NCBI GenBank assembly: GCA_038139495.1
Contig: JAYOSY010000002.1
Span: forward strand, 59,137 to 123,136
Origin: Porticoccaceae bacterium
GTDB lineage: Bacteria > Pseudomonadota > Gammaproteobacteria > Pseudomonadales > Porticoccaceae
Reading direction: 5' to 3'
DNA length: 64,000 nucleotides
Shown piece by piece: positions 1-11,951 of this stretch. The first letter of the stretch is position 1. The number at the start of each line of letters is the position of its first letter. The position numbers and the translations under genes are program-made. Below the pieces are notes generated by a model that was not told where the DNA came from, searched no databases, and saw only the letters and a list, made by a program, of their open reading frames with translations.

Positions 1-111
1 TTTGATCTCCATCTTGTCAGGCATGTTACGCTTATTTTTGTCCGTAGTGTAAAAGTGTCCTGTACCAGCGCTAGATACTAGGCGGATTTTTTCTCGAGCT
101 GATTTAGCCAT
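1..111 (-). CDS. rpmG: 50S ribosomal protein L33 (3' end runs off window)
   Basis: Manual translation from ATG at 111: [37 protein letters not shown]; directly downstream of rpmB. Confidence 0.95.
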   Translation of the reverse strand, partial: MAKSAREKIRLVSSAGTGHFYTTDKNKRNMPDKMEIK

Positions 112-122
112 TTCTGGATCCT

Positions 123-359
123 CTAAATTTTCTCGCCATTAGCACGAATGCTGGCAAGAACGTTTTCGATACCATTTTTATCAATTATGCGCATGCCTTT
201 TGTAGATACGCGCAATTTAACGAATCTTTTTTCAGATTCAATCCAAAAACGATGTGTGTGCAAGTTTGGCTCAAAGCGACGACGTGTTCTGTTCTTCGCG
301 TGAGATACGTTATTTCCAGCCATTGGGCGTTTGCCCGTGACCTGACATACTTTAGACAT
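123..359 (-). CDS. rpmB: 50S ribosomal protein L28
   Basis: [34 protein letters not shown] signature; start trimmed to ATG at 359. Confidence 0.97.
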   Translation of the reverse strand: MSKVCQVTGKRPMAGNNVSHAKNRTRRRFEPNLHTHRFWIESEKRFVKLRVSTKGMRIIDKNGIENVLASIRANGEKI

Positions 360-466
360 TGCTGCTGCCTCTTGTTTGCAGTTTGTGCTTTGAGCGATAC
401 TCAAAAGCTACTTGAATTTATTTCCCAACAACCCGTTACTACAGGCCGACTTTTAAGGAGGCGCGT

Positions 467-495
467 TTTATACCAGAAAGGCTATCTTGAAGCAA
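467..495 (-). promoter_or_regulatory. sigma70 promoter of rpmB-rpmG
   Basis: Minus strand TTGCTT-N17-TATAAA upstream of rpmB. Confidence 0.6.
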
Positions 496-604
496 ACAAA
501 AAGCGATAATTAACCCATTTAAAGGGTGTTTTTTTTTCACAGCTGTTTTTTTTAAAAATTAAAGACAAAAGGTGTTCTGTATTCGGCGCTCGGCGACTGG
601 CAAC

Positions 605-1279
605 CTAAAGCTTACCTAGCTCACCTAATGAGACAATTTCTCCCTTGCCAATCACAAAATGATCTAGCAGCTTAATATCCAATATTCCTAGGGCAGCCTT
701 GAGTTTTTTTGTAATTGCAATGTCTGCCTTACTGGGTTCAGCATTTCCACTGGGATGATTGTGCGCAACAATAACTGCTGCGGCATTTTTTTGTAGTGCC
801 ACTTTGCAGACTTCCCTAGGATAAACGCTGGCCGAATTAATGGTCCCCTGAAATAGCTCAGAAAAGTCGATTAACCTGTGCTTCGTATCTAGACTTAGCA
901 TCACAAAAACCTCACGCTGATAATCACGCATCTGGATCGCCAAGTAATCCATTACCTCATCCGGACTGCTAAACACATCAGTGGAAGTCAGACGCTCACT
1001 TAAATATCGCTTAGTTAATTCTAGGCTTGCCTGAAGCTGGCAGTATTTTGCTTCTCCCAACCCCTTGCTGCGGCAGAAATCTGTCTTGCCTGCGATGAGC
1101 AATGGCGATAATCCACCAAACTGATCAAGTAGAGACTGCGCCATGGATTTTGCATCCATACCTCGGCAACCTACACGTAAAAAAATTGCCAATAACTCAG
1201 CATTAGTGAGCGCGCTCGGTCCTTTTTTGAGTAATTTCTCTCTTGGCCTGTCATCCTGCGGCCATTGCCTTATAGACAC
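605..1279 (-). CDS. radC: RadC/YicR family JAB-domain protein
   Basis: PREKL N-terminus, HNHPSG..PS..D JAB motif, position between rpmB and coaBC. Confidence 0.95.
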   Translation of the reverse strand: MSIRQWPQDDRPREKLLKKGPSALTNAELLAIFLRVGCRGMDAKSMAQSLLDQFGGLSPLLIAGKTDFCRSKGLGEAKYCQLQASLELTKRYLSERLTSTDVFSSPDEVMDYLAIQMRDYQREVFVMLSLDTKHRLIDFSELFQGTINSASVYPREVCKVALQKNAAAVIVAHNHPSGNAEPSKADIAITKKLKAALGILDIKLLDHFVIGKGEIVSLGELGKL

Positions 1280-1357
1280 AGCAAGTCCTTTTCTACTATA
1301 GAATTTTGTCTCGAGATGTTATCTTAGCCCCAAATTGAAGCTGTGTTTGGGGTATTA

Positions 1358-2560
1358 ATGAGTAATCTGTCACAAAAACGCGTTATTTTAGGCATCACTG
1401 GAGGCATTGCAGCCTATAAAAGCGCGGAGATAACTCGCCGTCTTAAAGACGAAGGCGCCGAGGTTCGTGTTGTCATGACCGAATCCGCTCAAGAGTTTAT
1501 TCGCCCCCTGACACTACAGGCGTTAAGCGGGCACCCAGTGCATACCGACTTACTAGACCCAGCAGCCGAAGCTGCTATGGGTCATATTGAGCTAGCACGC
1601 TGGGCTGACCTAGTTCTAATAGCACCTGCAACCGCCAACTTTGTTGCGGCATTAAATCAGGGCGGTGCAGCTGACTTGCTGAGCTCAATATGCTTAGCGA
1701 CAACGGCTAAAGTTATGATAGCGCCCGCCATGAACCAAGCCATGTGGTCAAACAGCGCCTCCCAACAAAATATTGAAAGCCTCAAACAACGTGAAGTACT
1801 TATTTTAGAACCCGACAGCGGTATTCAAGCCTGTGGGGATGTAGGCCCCGGCAGGCTTCCACAACCCGAAGTCATCGTTCAACAAGCCGCCTCTGTCTTT
1901 AAAACTGGTGAAATGACGGGTAAAAAAGTCGTGATTACCGCAGGTCCCACTCGCGAGGCAATAGATCCAGTAAGGTATATTAGTAATCATAGCTCTGGAA
2001 AAATGGGTTATGCTATAGCTGAGGCAATGACTGAGGCTGGTGCCGAAGTTACACTTATTTCAGGACCAGTATCTCTAGACTTCCCAGAGCGATGCAAAGG
2101 GGTAAGCGTTACATCTGCTCATGAAATGCTAGAAGCAGTAACCAATGCTACTCAGGTGGCAGATATATTTATTTCTGCTGCCGCCGTAGCGGACTATTAT
2201 GTGACTGAAACTGAAGATCAAAAAATAAAGAAAAAATCCGATAAAATGACGCTAAATTTGTCGAAAACACCGGATATTGTAAGCATTATAAAGAAAAGTA
2301 ATCCTAAGTTGTTTGTTTTAGGGTTTGCCGCAGAAACCCAGAAAGTTGAGCAATATGCACGAGAAAAGTTAGCCAGTAAAAATTTAGATGGCATTATTGC
2401 CAATGATGTTTCTCGTCAAGATATTGGTTTTAATTCTAATGATAATGAAGCCTTGTGGATAGAGAAAGAATCAACCCATCACTTTAGCAAATGCAGTAAG
2501 GCTAAACTAGCCAGAGACCTAGTTGCATTACTTGCAACTAAGCTACAGAGCCAAAAATAA
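1358..2560 (+). CDS. coaBC: Phosphopantothenoylcysteine decarboxylase/ligase CoaBC
   Basis: GITGGIAAYK, PAMN, TAGPTRE.IDPVRYISNHSSGKMG, GFAAET motifs; start trimmed to ATG 1358. Confidence 0.97.
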   Translation: MSNLSQKRVILGITGGIAAYKSAEITRRLKDEGAEVRVVMTESAQEFIRPLTLQALSGHPVHTDLLDPAAEAAMGHIELARWADLVLIAPATANFVAALNQGGAADLLSSICLATTAKVMIAPAMNQAMWSNSASQQNIESLKQREVLILEPDSGIQACGDVGPGRLPQPEVIVQQAASVFKTGEMTGKKVVITAGPTREAIDPVRYISNHSSGKMGYAIAEAMTEAGAEVTLISGPVSLDFPERCKGVSVTSAHEMLEAVTNATQVADIFISAAAVADYYVTETEDQKIKKKSDKMTLNLSKTPDIVSIIKKSNPKLFVLGFAAETQKVEQYAREKLASKNLDGIIANDVSRQDIGFNSNDNEALWIEKESTHHFSKCSKAKLARDLVALLATKLQSQK

Positions 2561-2565
2561 TTATT

Positions 2566-4865
<2,300 letters not shown>

Positions 4866-4879
4866 TAAATGAGGACTGT

Positions 4880-5464
4880 ATGGTAGCTAAGCAAAGCGCC
4901 AGATCGCAAGATATCCTTCAGGCGCTAGCTTTAATGCTTGAGACCAATCGCGGACGAATAACAACGGCAGCCTTGGCCTCTGAGCTAGGCTGCTCTGAAG
5001 CAGCGCTATATCGACACTTTCCAAGCAAAACTAAAATGTTTGAGGGGCTGATCGACTTTATCGAAGAAACCATCTTTGCCAGAGTGAACGGCATCCTCAA
5101 CGACGAACCCAATGCAACACAACAGTGCTTTAGAATTATTAGTTTGACGCTTACTTTTGCCGAAAAAAATCCCGGCATCAGTCGCCTTTTAAATGGCGAT
5201 GCCTTAGCAGGAGAAAATGAAAGGCTTCAGCAACGCGTGGCTCAGCTTTTTGGTCGTCTTGAATCTCAACTAAAGCAAATTCTTAGAGAGGCCGAGCTTG
5301 GCCAAAATTTGCAGCTAAACCTATCAATCAATGTGGTGGTTAATCTTCTAATAACCTTATTAGAAGGCAAGATAAGTCAATTTGTTCGCAGTGATTTTAA
5401 GCAGGCACCAACCGATCACTGGCAACAACAGTGGTCGGCTCTTTCAGATGCTGTTTTTAAATAA
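4880..5464 (+). CDS. slmA: Nucleoid occlusion factor SlmA (TetR family)
   Basis: ITTA.LA...G.SEAALYRHFPSKTKMFEGLI motif. Confidence 0.93.
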   Translation: MVAKQSARSQDILQALALMLETNRGRITTAALASELGCSEAALYRHFPSKTKMFEGLIDFIEETIFARVNGILNDEPNATQQCFRIISLTLTFAEKNPGISRLLNGDALAGENERLQQRVAQLFGRLESQLKQILREAELGQNLQLNLSINVVVNLLITLLEGKISQFVRSDFKQAPTDHWQQQWSALSDAVFK

Positions 5465-5484
5465 ATTTAGCTAGATATTGCTGA

Positions 5485-6126
5485 TCAAACGCCATACTGT
5501 TGGCGGTAGGCATCAATTTTTGCCACTAAGGCTTGATTTTCAGGCTGCTTTTCTAGATACCCCAAAATATCATTGATATCCACAATACTTGCCACAGGAA
5601 TCGCAAACTGCTCTTCAACCTCTTGAATGGCAGACTTATCAGTTTTGCCGCGCTCTTTGCGATCCAAGCCAATCACTACGCCGGCAGCCTTAGCGCCTGC
5701 CTGATCAACAATCGCCATCACCTCTCGAATAGCCGTTCCTGCAGTAATTACGTCATCAATAATAAGAACCTTGCCTTCAAGTGGCGCGCCAACCAGGGAG
5801 CCACCCTCACCATGGGCTTTTGCCTCTTTGCGATTAAAGCAATAGGGCACATCAATGCCATGATCCTCTGACAGTGCAATTGCAGTTGCAGCCGCTAGGG
5901 TAATACCCTTGTAGGCAGGCCCAAAGAGAACATCAAATTCAATACCAGATTCAACAATGGCGGTGGCATAACATTTACCCAGAGCGGCCAAGGCTGAACC
6001 TTTGTAAAATTCACCCGCATTAAAAAAATGCGGTGACGTGCGGCCTGATTTAAGTTCAAATTGGCCAAATTTTAGCGCGCCATTTTCAATGGCATTTTCA
6101 ATAAATTCTACTTTGTATGCTTTCAT
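5485..6126 (-). CDS. pyrE: Orotate phosphoribosyltransferase
   Basis: [29 protein letters not shown] motif. Confidence 0.97.
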   Translation of the reverse strand: MKAYKVEFIENAIENGALKFGQFELKSGRTSPHFFNAGEFYKGSALAALGKCYATAIVESGIEFDVLFGPAYKGITLAAATAIALSEDHGIDVPYCFNRKEAKAHGEGGSLVGAPLEGKVLIIDDVITAGTAIREVMAIVDQAGAKAAGVVIGLDRKERGKTDKSAIQEVEEQFAIPVASIVDINDILGYLEKQPENQALVAKIDAYRQQYGV

Positions 6127-6175
6127 CTGTTTGTAATCTTTTGTCCCATTTATTTAAGAATAGATCAGTTTTGGC

Positions 6176-6895
6176 CTATTGAGCCAATGCCATTTTTTGC
6201 ACGCGAATTAAATCCGCAATACCTTGGTTGGCCAACTGCAACATTTCGGTCAGCGCCTCACCAGAAAACGGGGCTTCTTCAGCCGTACCCTGAATTTCTA
6301 TATAGCCGCCATTGGCGTCCATCACCACATTCATATCTGTTTCTGCATTAGAGTCTTCCGGATAATCTAAGTCTAAAACAGCTGCACCCTTGTAAACACC
6401 CACTGAAACCGCAGCAATCATATGCAGTAGAGGATCATCTTTAATTAGTTTTTCGCGCTGTAAATAACGAATTGCGTCAACCAATGCAACGCAGCCACCG
6501 GTGATGGCTGCCGTTCGCGTGCCGCCATCAGCCTGGATAACATCACAATCAATATAAATGGTATTTTCACCCAACAATTTAAGGTCAACCGCAGCACGCA
6601 AAGCTCTGCCGATCAATCTTTGAATTTCTTGCGTGCGACCTGATTGTTTACCGCGCGCTGCTTCACGACCCATACGGCTATTGGTAGATCTGGGCAGCAT
6701 GCCATATTCGGCCGTTACCCAGCCCTGACCCTTACCTCGCAAAAACCTTGGCACGCTATTTTCAACCGTAGCTGTACAGATCACCTTAGTGTTACCAAAT
6801 TCAACTAATACCGCACCCTCTGCATGCTGCGTGTATTCTCGGGTAATTTTTACTTGGCGCAACTGCTCGGGACGACGCCCGCTTGGTCTGGTCAT
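6176..6895 (-). CDS. rph: Ribonuclease PH
   Basis: [27 protein letters not shown] motifs. Confidence 0.97.
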   Translation of the reverse strand: MTRPSGRRPEQLRQVKITREYTQHAEGAVLVEFGNTKVICTATVENSVPRFLRGKGQGWVTAEYGMLPRSTNSRMGREAARGKQSGRTQEIQRLIGRALRAAVDLKLLGENTIYIDCDVIQADGGTRTAAITGGCVALVDAIRYLQREKLIKDDPLLHMIAAVSVGVYKGAAVLDLDYPEDSNAETDMNVVMDANGGYIEIQGTAEEAPFSGEALTEMLQLANQGIADLIRVQKMALAQ

Positions 6896-7008
6896 GTTTA
6901 ATATCCTGTTACAAATTTGGAAAGTTAATTTCTAATTGTAACAAATCTTCCCTCTGTTGAACGGCCTTTGTTAGAATACCTCCAAATAAAAAATCATTCG
7001 GAGCAATT

Positions 7009-7872
7009 ATGCCACGCAGCATGACCGCATATGCCAGAATTACCCAAGAAACCAACTGGGGTTCGATTACCTGTGAGCTACGATCGGTTAATCATAGATT
7101 TCTAGAAGTTGGCTTTAGAATGCCAGATGTTCTTCGTGAATCTGAAACCGCCTTGCGAGATATGACTCGCAAAAAACTCACTCGAGGTAAAATCGACTGT
7201 TCAGTGCAAATTGCCTTTAATCATAATGATGCTGCCTCCACCCTTGATCTAGAAGTCGCTCAATCACATATTGAAATTGCGCAGGCAATTGCCAATCAGC
7301 TATCAAATGCAGCACCTATTTCGGCAGTAGATATTATGAAGTTGCCCGGAGTTATCAAAGATGCCGGCATAGAAGCTAAACAAGTCTGTAAAGCGGGAAA
7401 GCAGGCCTTCGACTTAGCCCTAGATCAGATGCTTGAAGGGCGCGAACGCGAAGGGACCAAACTGGCTGAAATGGTTGAACAGCGTCTGAGAGGTATTGAA
7501 TCGCAGGTTGCTATCGTTCGTGAAAACTTGCCCGAGATTCTTCAACAACAAAGAACTCGCCTCCACGAAAAGCTTAATGAACTGAAAGATCAGATGGATG
7601 AGCAGCGTCTTGAGCAAGAAATGGTCATTATCGCCAATCGTGCCGATGTAGACGAGGAGCTGGACCGCTTAGAAGCTCATATTAGCGAAATCAGACTGGC
7701 ACTTAAAAGCAACGAATCCATCGGTAGAAGACTGGATTTTTTAATGCAAGAGCTGAACCGCGAAGCAAATACTCTAGGATCGAAGTCTATTTCTAACACC
7801 ACCACGCAGGTTTCTGTTGAATTGAAAGTACTTATCGAGCAGATGCGTGAACAGATCCAGAATATTGAGTAG
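7009..7872 (+). CDS. yicC: YicC/YloC family endoribonuclease
   Basis: SMTAY, RSVNHRFL, GRRLDFLMQELNREANTLGSKS, EQMREQIQNIE. Confidence 0.96.
   Translation: MPRSMTAYARITQETNWGSITCELRSVNHRFLEVGFRMPDVLRESETALRDMTRKKLTRGKIDCSVQIAFNHNDAASTLDLEVAQSHIEIAQAIANQLSNAAPISAVDIMKLPGVIKDAGIEAKQVCKAGKQAFDLALDQMLEGREREGTKLAEMVEQRLRGIESQVAIVRENLPEILQQQRTRLHEKLNELKDQMDEQRLEQEMVIIANRADVDEELDRLEAHISEIRLALKSNESIGRRLDFLMQELNREANTLGSKSISNTTTQVSVELKVLIEQMREQIQNIE
7854..7872 (+). repeat. Left copy of degenerate direct repeat (yicC 3' end), candidate att core
   Basis: GATCCAGAATATTGAGTAG; matches 23461-23479 at 15/19. Confidence 0.6.
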
Positions 7873-8056
7873 CTTTCAATAGTAGCAAAATATTCTACTT
7901 TGGCTCCTAAACCACCCTTGATCATAACTCCGCCATTAAGATACCTTCGTTAATTCATAGCATTTGCAACAAAACTCGATGACCTCTTCTTTTAGGTTAA
8001 CTCTACCTTAAACGTATACTGGTAGAGAGCTAATTCAAATATGCAGTAAATCCAAT

Positions 8057-8085
8057 TTGAAAAATATGTTTCGCTTTTGTAAGAT
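8057..8085 (+). promoter_or_regulatory. sigma70 promoter for dioxygenase operon
   Basis: TTGAAA-N17-TAAGAT; predicted start site ~8091 coincides with first riboswitch hairpin. Confidence 0.65.
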
Positions 8086-8089
8086 ATTT

Positions 8090-8172
8090 GAATCGGGACG
8101 ACCCGATTCGTTACAAGAGAAATGTATGATCAAATTGTTTCCTTGTAAGCGACAACAATCTGGACGGCCAGG
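8090..8172 (+). ncRNA. Guanidine-II (mini-ykkC) riboswitch variant with hairpin inserted in linker
   Basis: P1 GAATCGGG-ACGA-CCCGATTC (8090-8109), P2 TCTGG-ACGG-CCAGG (8159-8172); ACGR tetraloops; 49-nt linker folds internally. Confidence 0.8.
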
Positions 8173-8201
8173 CTAATTCCAATTTAACACGGGAGCAAGC
8201 C

Positions 8202-9287
8202 ATGGCAAAAAGTCAATCAAATAACCCTCATACTGCATTCAGCGAAATACCGGTAATCGACATTACTGGGTTATATTCATGCAACTTTGATGACCGCAAT
8301 CAGGTTGCAATCCAGCTCGCCAAAGCTGCCAGGGAAGTGGGTTTTTTTTATTTAGAGGGTCACCAAATATCTCAGTCAAGAGTAGACTCACTTATCAGTG
8401 CAGCAAGGCAATTTTTTAGTCAGCCTCTACGTGTAAAAATGCAATCCTATATTGGTTTATCACAAAACCACAGTGGCTATGTCCCAGAGGGTGAGGAACG
8501 GTTTTATAGTACAGCCTTCGATCCCTCAAAAGTTGACCATAAAGAATCTTACGATTTGGGGTTTGATCTGCAGGAAAGATTCTATCAACGGCCAATGCTT
8601 GGCCCCAATCTATGGCCTGATCTAAGGGAGTTTAAGAGTAAAGTTGAATCTTATTATACAGAAGCACTCGAACTTGGAAATCTTCTTTTCAAAGGATTTT
8701 CGCTTGCCCTTGGATTGCCAGAAAACACCTTGATTTCAAAAGTTAGTCGACCTCCCAGTCAACTGCGTTTAGTACATTATCCCTATGATGAGAATGCAGT
8801 AGATAGGGAGGGCATTGGCGCGCACACCGATTATGAATGTTTTACACTTTTGCTGACGACAAGCGATGGTTTGCAGGTATTGAATGGAGCTGGTGACTGG
8901 ATAGATGCACCACACCGTCCAGGAAGTTTTATTGTAAATATCGGCGATATGCTTGAAATTTTGTCTAACGGCCGATTTGTAGCGACCTCACATCGTGTGC
9001 GAAAAGTCAAAGAGGAACGTTTTTCTTTTCCATTGTTCTGCAGTTTGGATTATGACACTTTTGTAGAGCCAATACTTCCACCACAGGCTGGGAAAGACTC
9101 AGATAAATACGATGGGCTTGTTTGTGGTGATCATTTGTATGCTCAGACCATTCAAACATTTCAATACCTTCAACGTCGTTTGGAAAATGGAGAGATAGCA
9201 TTGCCAGAGGCGTCAAAGACGCTGGCTACCTTCGGGCAGTTTAAACCTCTAATGGATGGCGCTCGGTCAACAGGAAATGAACGATGA
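8202..9287 (+). CDS. 2-oxoglutarate/Fe(II) dioxygenase (IPNS/EFE-like); probable methylguanidine hydroxylase
   Basis: IPVIDI and VGFFY (DIOX_N), HTD...H facial triad (HTDYE, TSHRV), RFS 2OG-binding motif; guanidine-II riboswitch upstream. Confidence 0.8.
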   Translation: MAKSQSNNPHTAFSEIPVIDITGLYSCNFDDRNQVAIQLAKAAREVGFFYLEGHQISQSRVDSLISAARQFFSQPLRVKMQSYIGLSQNHSGYVPEGEERFYSTAFDPSKVDHKESYDLGFDLQERFYQRPMLGPNLWPDLREFKSKVESYYTEALELGNLLFKGFSLALGLPENTLISKVSRPPSQLRLVHYPYDENAVDREGIGAHTDYECFTLLLTTSDGLQVLNGAGDWIDAPHRPGSFIVNIGDMLEILSNGRFVATSHRVRKVKEERFSFPLFCSLDYDTFVEPILPPQAGKDSDKYDGLVCGDHLYAQTIQTFQYLQRRLENGEIALPEASKTLATFGQFKPLMDGARSTGNER

Positions 9288-10243
9288 ATCTAATTAAGCT
9301 GGCAAGCAAGAACAGCTTTAAATCAGACATTAGAGTACCGAAATGGATGCTTGGTATTTTTTATCGTCGAACTATCAGCTTCGCAGATGGGCTCAGCGAT
9401 ACCCAGACTCGTGTATTTTGGCTCCAAAGCGGCGGTTTGACTATAGATTTGCGTTTGCCGATAAAAAAAGAACAAAAAAAATACCCAAAAGGCGATTATG
9501 AGAACCTGCAAACGTTATTAGAACTGGCAAATCTAGACGCCTGGTACGCACATACTTACTGGGAAAAGAACCAGCTAACTTGGAAAGACGGCGCGAGCTA
9601 TCAGCTTCATAACCGTTGGCCTGAGCCCGCTGAATTGCGTCGGATCGGTAACTGTATGATTGAATTTGCGCCAAGTGGTGCCTATGTAGAGGATTGGCGG
9701 CATCTAAATCAAGCCCACACTGGGCCGATGATTGGTCTTGAGCTTGAGTCAGAGACCGATTTAGAAACGGGCATCACACTACCGCGATCAGGGGCGCTAA
9801 TCATTAATGGAGAATATGCAGGACTTGTATTAGGTAGAACTAATATAGTAGCTGAGCATCATTGGCTTGCTAGTGGGCTGACATTATCACAGGCTATACA
9901 AAAAGGCTCATATGAACAACGATCTGAGCTGTTAGACTTTCAAACTCTGGTAGCCCAACGTGAATCATCCGGCTGTTATAAAACGCTGCATGCGCTGGAT
10001 TTTAAGGCTCCAAATGCTGATGAGATTCAACTTGAGGGTTTTTCACTGACAAAAGACAAGAATATCTTAATTCAGAGCATAGCAATTCAGGGTCGTGAAA
10101 TTGAACGACGTTGGCGCATAGACTCTCTGGAACCGAGCTTTTCTTATCAGGCCCACACAGCAGTCAATGAGAACTCTGCGCGAATCTGGCGGAAGAACGA
10201 AAGTAAAGCTCTGGATCGTTATACCAGGATTATTCATGACTAG
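9284..10243 (+). CDS. Hypothetical protein; probable N-(hydroxymethyl)guanidine lyase partner of the dioxygenase
   Basis: ATGA overlap with dioxygenase; RRTISFADG..D, WLQS..LTIDLR, EFAPSGAYVEDWR blocks; function inferred from context only. Confidence 0.6.
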   Translation: MNLIKLASKNSFKSDIRVPKWMLGIFYRRTISFADGLSDTQTRVFWLQSGGLTIDLRLPIKKEQKKYPKGDYENLQTLLELANLDAWYAHTYWEKNQLTWKDGASYQLHNRWPEPAELRRIGNCMIEFAPSGAYVEDWRHLNQAHTGPMIGLELESETDLETGITLPRSGALIINGEYAGLVLGRTNIVAEHHWLASGLTLSQAIQKGSYEQRSELLDFQTLVAQRESSGCYKTLHALDFKAPNADEIQLEGFSLTKDKNILIQSIAIQGREIERRWRIDSLEPSFSYQAHTAVNENSARIWRKNESKALDRYTRIIHD

Positions 10244-10403
10244 TTAATTTGGTTAGGCATGGGCACAAACCATTTAGTTTTGAACAATATCCACGTGCGT
10301 TTAATAAACAATTAATAGTTTATTCCTGCAAGTCAGGTTGAAATTAGGTCTTAAATTCACTCCATTCATGCATTTAAACTGAAGCGCAAGTAACTACCCG
10401 ATA

Positions 10404-10423
10404 GCCCAGTCAAAAAGCTGGGC
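10404..10423 (-). terminator. Hairpin just after the glnT-like stop codon
   Basis: GCCCAGT-CAAAAA-GCTGGGC, 10 nt past stop; no clear U tract. Confidence 0.4.
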
Positions 10424-10433
10424 CATTTCAATT

Positions 10434-11804
10434 TTAAAAAAGGTGAGTGTAGCGCTCAATCTCCCAGTCACTAATCGCCTGATGATAATCATTCCACTCC
10501 TGCTGCTTGTACTTGATAAACTCAGCCTTGAGCTCCTGGCCTATCACCTCCTCGATAAATGGGTCTGCATCAAATGCATGAATTGCTTCCTGAAGTGTTC
10601 TAGGTAGAAAGCTAATACCCATCTTTTTACGCTCAGCTTCGGTCAGCTCGTAAAGATTCCGCTCCTGAGGTTTTCCAGGGCTGAGTCCCTCGCGAATACC
10701 CTCTAGTCCAGCAGCAAGTGCAAGAGCAGCTGCTAAATAGGGATTAACAGCACCATCTGCATTACGAGACTCACAACGACCACCTCCCATTGGCACCCTA
10801 ACGGAATTAGTTCGGTTATTTGAACCAAAAGAGTTAAAGACTGGCGCCCATGTGAAGTAAGGCATATCACCTTGCCGAACAAGCCGCTTATAGGAGTTAA
10901 CCGTTGGGGCAAACACTGCACATAACGCAGGACCGTGTTTCAAAATACCACCTACAAATTGATAACCCAATTCGGTCAGCCCCAGCCCATATGGATCATC
11001 CTCAGGCGCGCACTGGAAGAGATTTTCACCTGTATTAATGTCGTATAGCGATATATTAAAATGCGCACCATTACCTGTTTTATTGGCGAAAGGCTTGGGC
11101 ATAAATGTAGCAAGTAATCCTTCTTGTTTGGCGTATTCTTTTGCCATTAATTTCAGGAAGGTAAATCTATCACATGTCGTTAGCGCGTCGGCATATGTGA
11201 AGTCAAATTCAAACTGACCATTGGCATCTTCATGATCGAAGGAATAAAGGTCCCATCCCAATTCGTTAATGCTGGTCGCCATGCGATCAACCCAACTAAA
11301 ATTGCTGAGAAATGCTCGCGTATCATAACAGGGTTTTGTTAGCTTATCATCGGGATCTGGCGTGCTCAAACTGCCATCTTCGTTCTTTTTCAGAAGGAAT
11401 ACTTCGGCCTCAATTCCAAGATTCATCCCAAAACCCATCTCCCTGGCTTGTTGCTGAATTTTTTTAAGTAAGACACGGGTATTAAGCTCATAGGGTTTGC
11501 CATATAAAGTAATATCGGCGGGCATCCAGGCGATTTCTGGCTGCCAAGGTAACTGAATAATATGCTCCAAATCTGGTACTGAAGCGATCTCGTCATCGTT
11601 AGGAGCCTGCCCAAGACCGTCTAGCGCGTAGCCAGTATAAAGCTCAGAGCCATGAGCCATATGATGAAGATGAGGTAGCGGGACGATCTTTCCCTTGGGT
11701 ACACCATGTATATCTACATAGGTACCCATGCAGTATTTCACACCTTTATTTCTTAGATCAGCCTCTATTGCTGAAATTTCAGAATCAGTTTTGAAATCAA
11801 TCAT
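10434..11804 (-). CDS. Type III glutamate-ammonia ligase family (GlnT/GmaS-like gamma-glutamyl ligase)
   Basis: [60 protein letters not shown]; lacks GSI-beta adenylylation tail. Confidence 0.88.
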   Translation of the reverse strand: MIDFKTDSEISAIEADLRNKGVKYCMGTYVDIHGVPKGKIVPLPHLHHMAHGSELYTGYALDGLGQAPNDDEIASVPDLEHIIQLPWQPEIAWMPADITLYGKPYELNTRVLLKKIQQQAREMGFGMNLGIEAEVFLLKKNEDGSLSTPDPDDKLTKPCYDTRAFLSNFSWVDRMATSINELGWDLYSFDHEDANGQFEFDFTYADALTTCDRFTFLKLMAKEYAKQEGLLATFMPKPFANKTGNGAHFNISLYDINTGENLFQCAPEDDPYGLGLTELGYQFVGGILKHGPALCAVFAPTVNSYKRLVRQGDMPYFTWAPVFNSFGSNNRTNSVRVPMGGGRCESRNADGAVNPYLAAALALAAGLEGIREGLSPGKPQERNLYELTEAERKKMGISFLPRTLQEAIHAFDADPFIEEVIGQELKAEFIKYKQQEWNDYHQAISDWEIERYTHLF

Positions 11805-11951
11805 ATCATTTTCCTGTCATATAAGATGGTAGTAGCTCGCCTGAATTTTGGCGTAACTAGCCTTAAAGTTCACAGAGGTATGCCTATTTAGTGTAGGCAT
11901 GTGCTCATATTTTTTGCTGGGAGGTAGCTCCCCACTCATCTACAGCGATAC

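Noticed and set aside
252-509. 85-aa plus-strand ORF and the many other 60-110 aa ORFs overlapping long genes
   Set aside because: Antisense or off-frame shadows of well-supported genes, with no motifs or RBS
6127-6175. pyrE attenuator between rph and pyrE
   Set aside because: Gap is only 49 nt with no GC-rich hairpin plus U tract
6907-6943. TGTTACAA...TTGTAACA inverted repeat between rph and yicC
   Set aside because: Real but AT-rich and imperfect; may touch the rph RBS, no further support for function
7873-8200. Integrase or transposase remnant at the island's left end
   Set aside because: No ORF or recognisable recombinase motif; the 7677-7925 ORF is an antisense shadow of yicC
10434-11804. 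Calling the GS-like gene glnA or gmaS outright
   Set aside because: Type III-like sequence without ntrBC or mgsABC context; substrate cannot be determined from sequence
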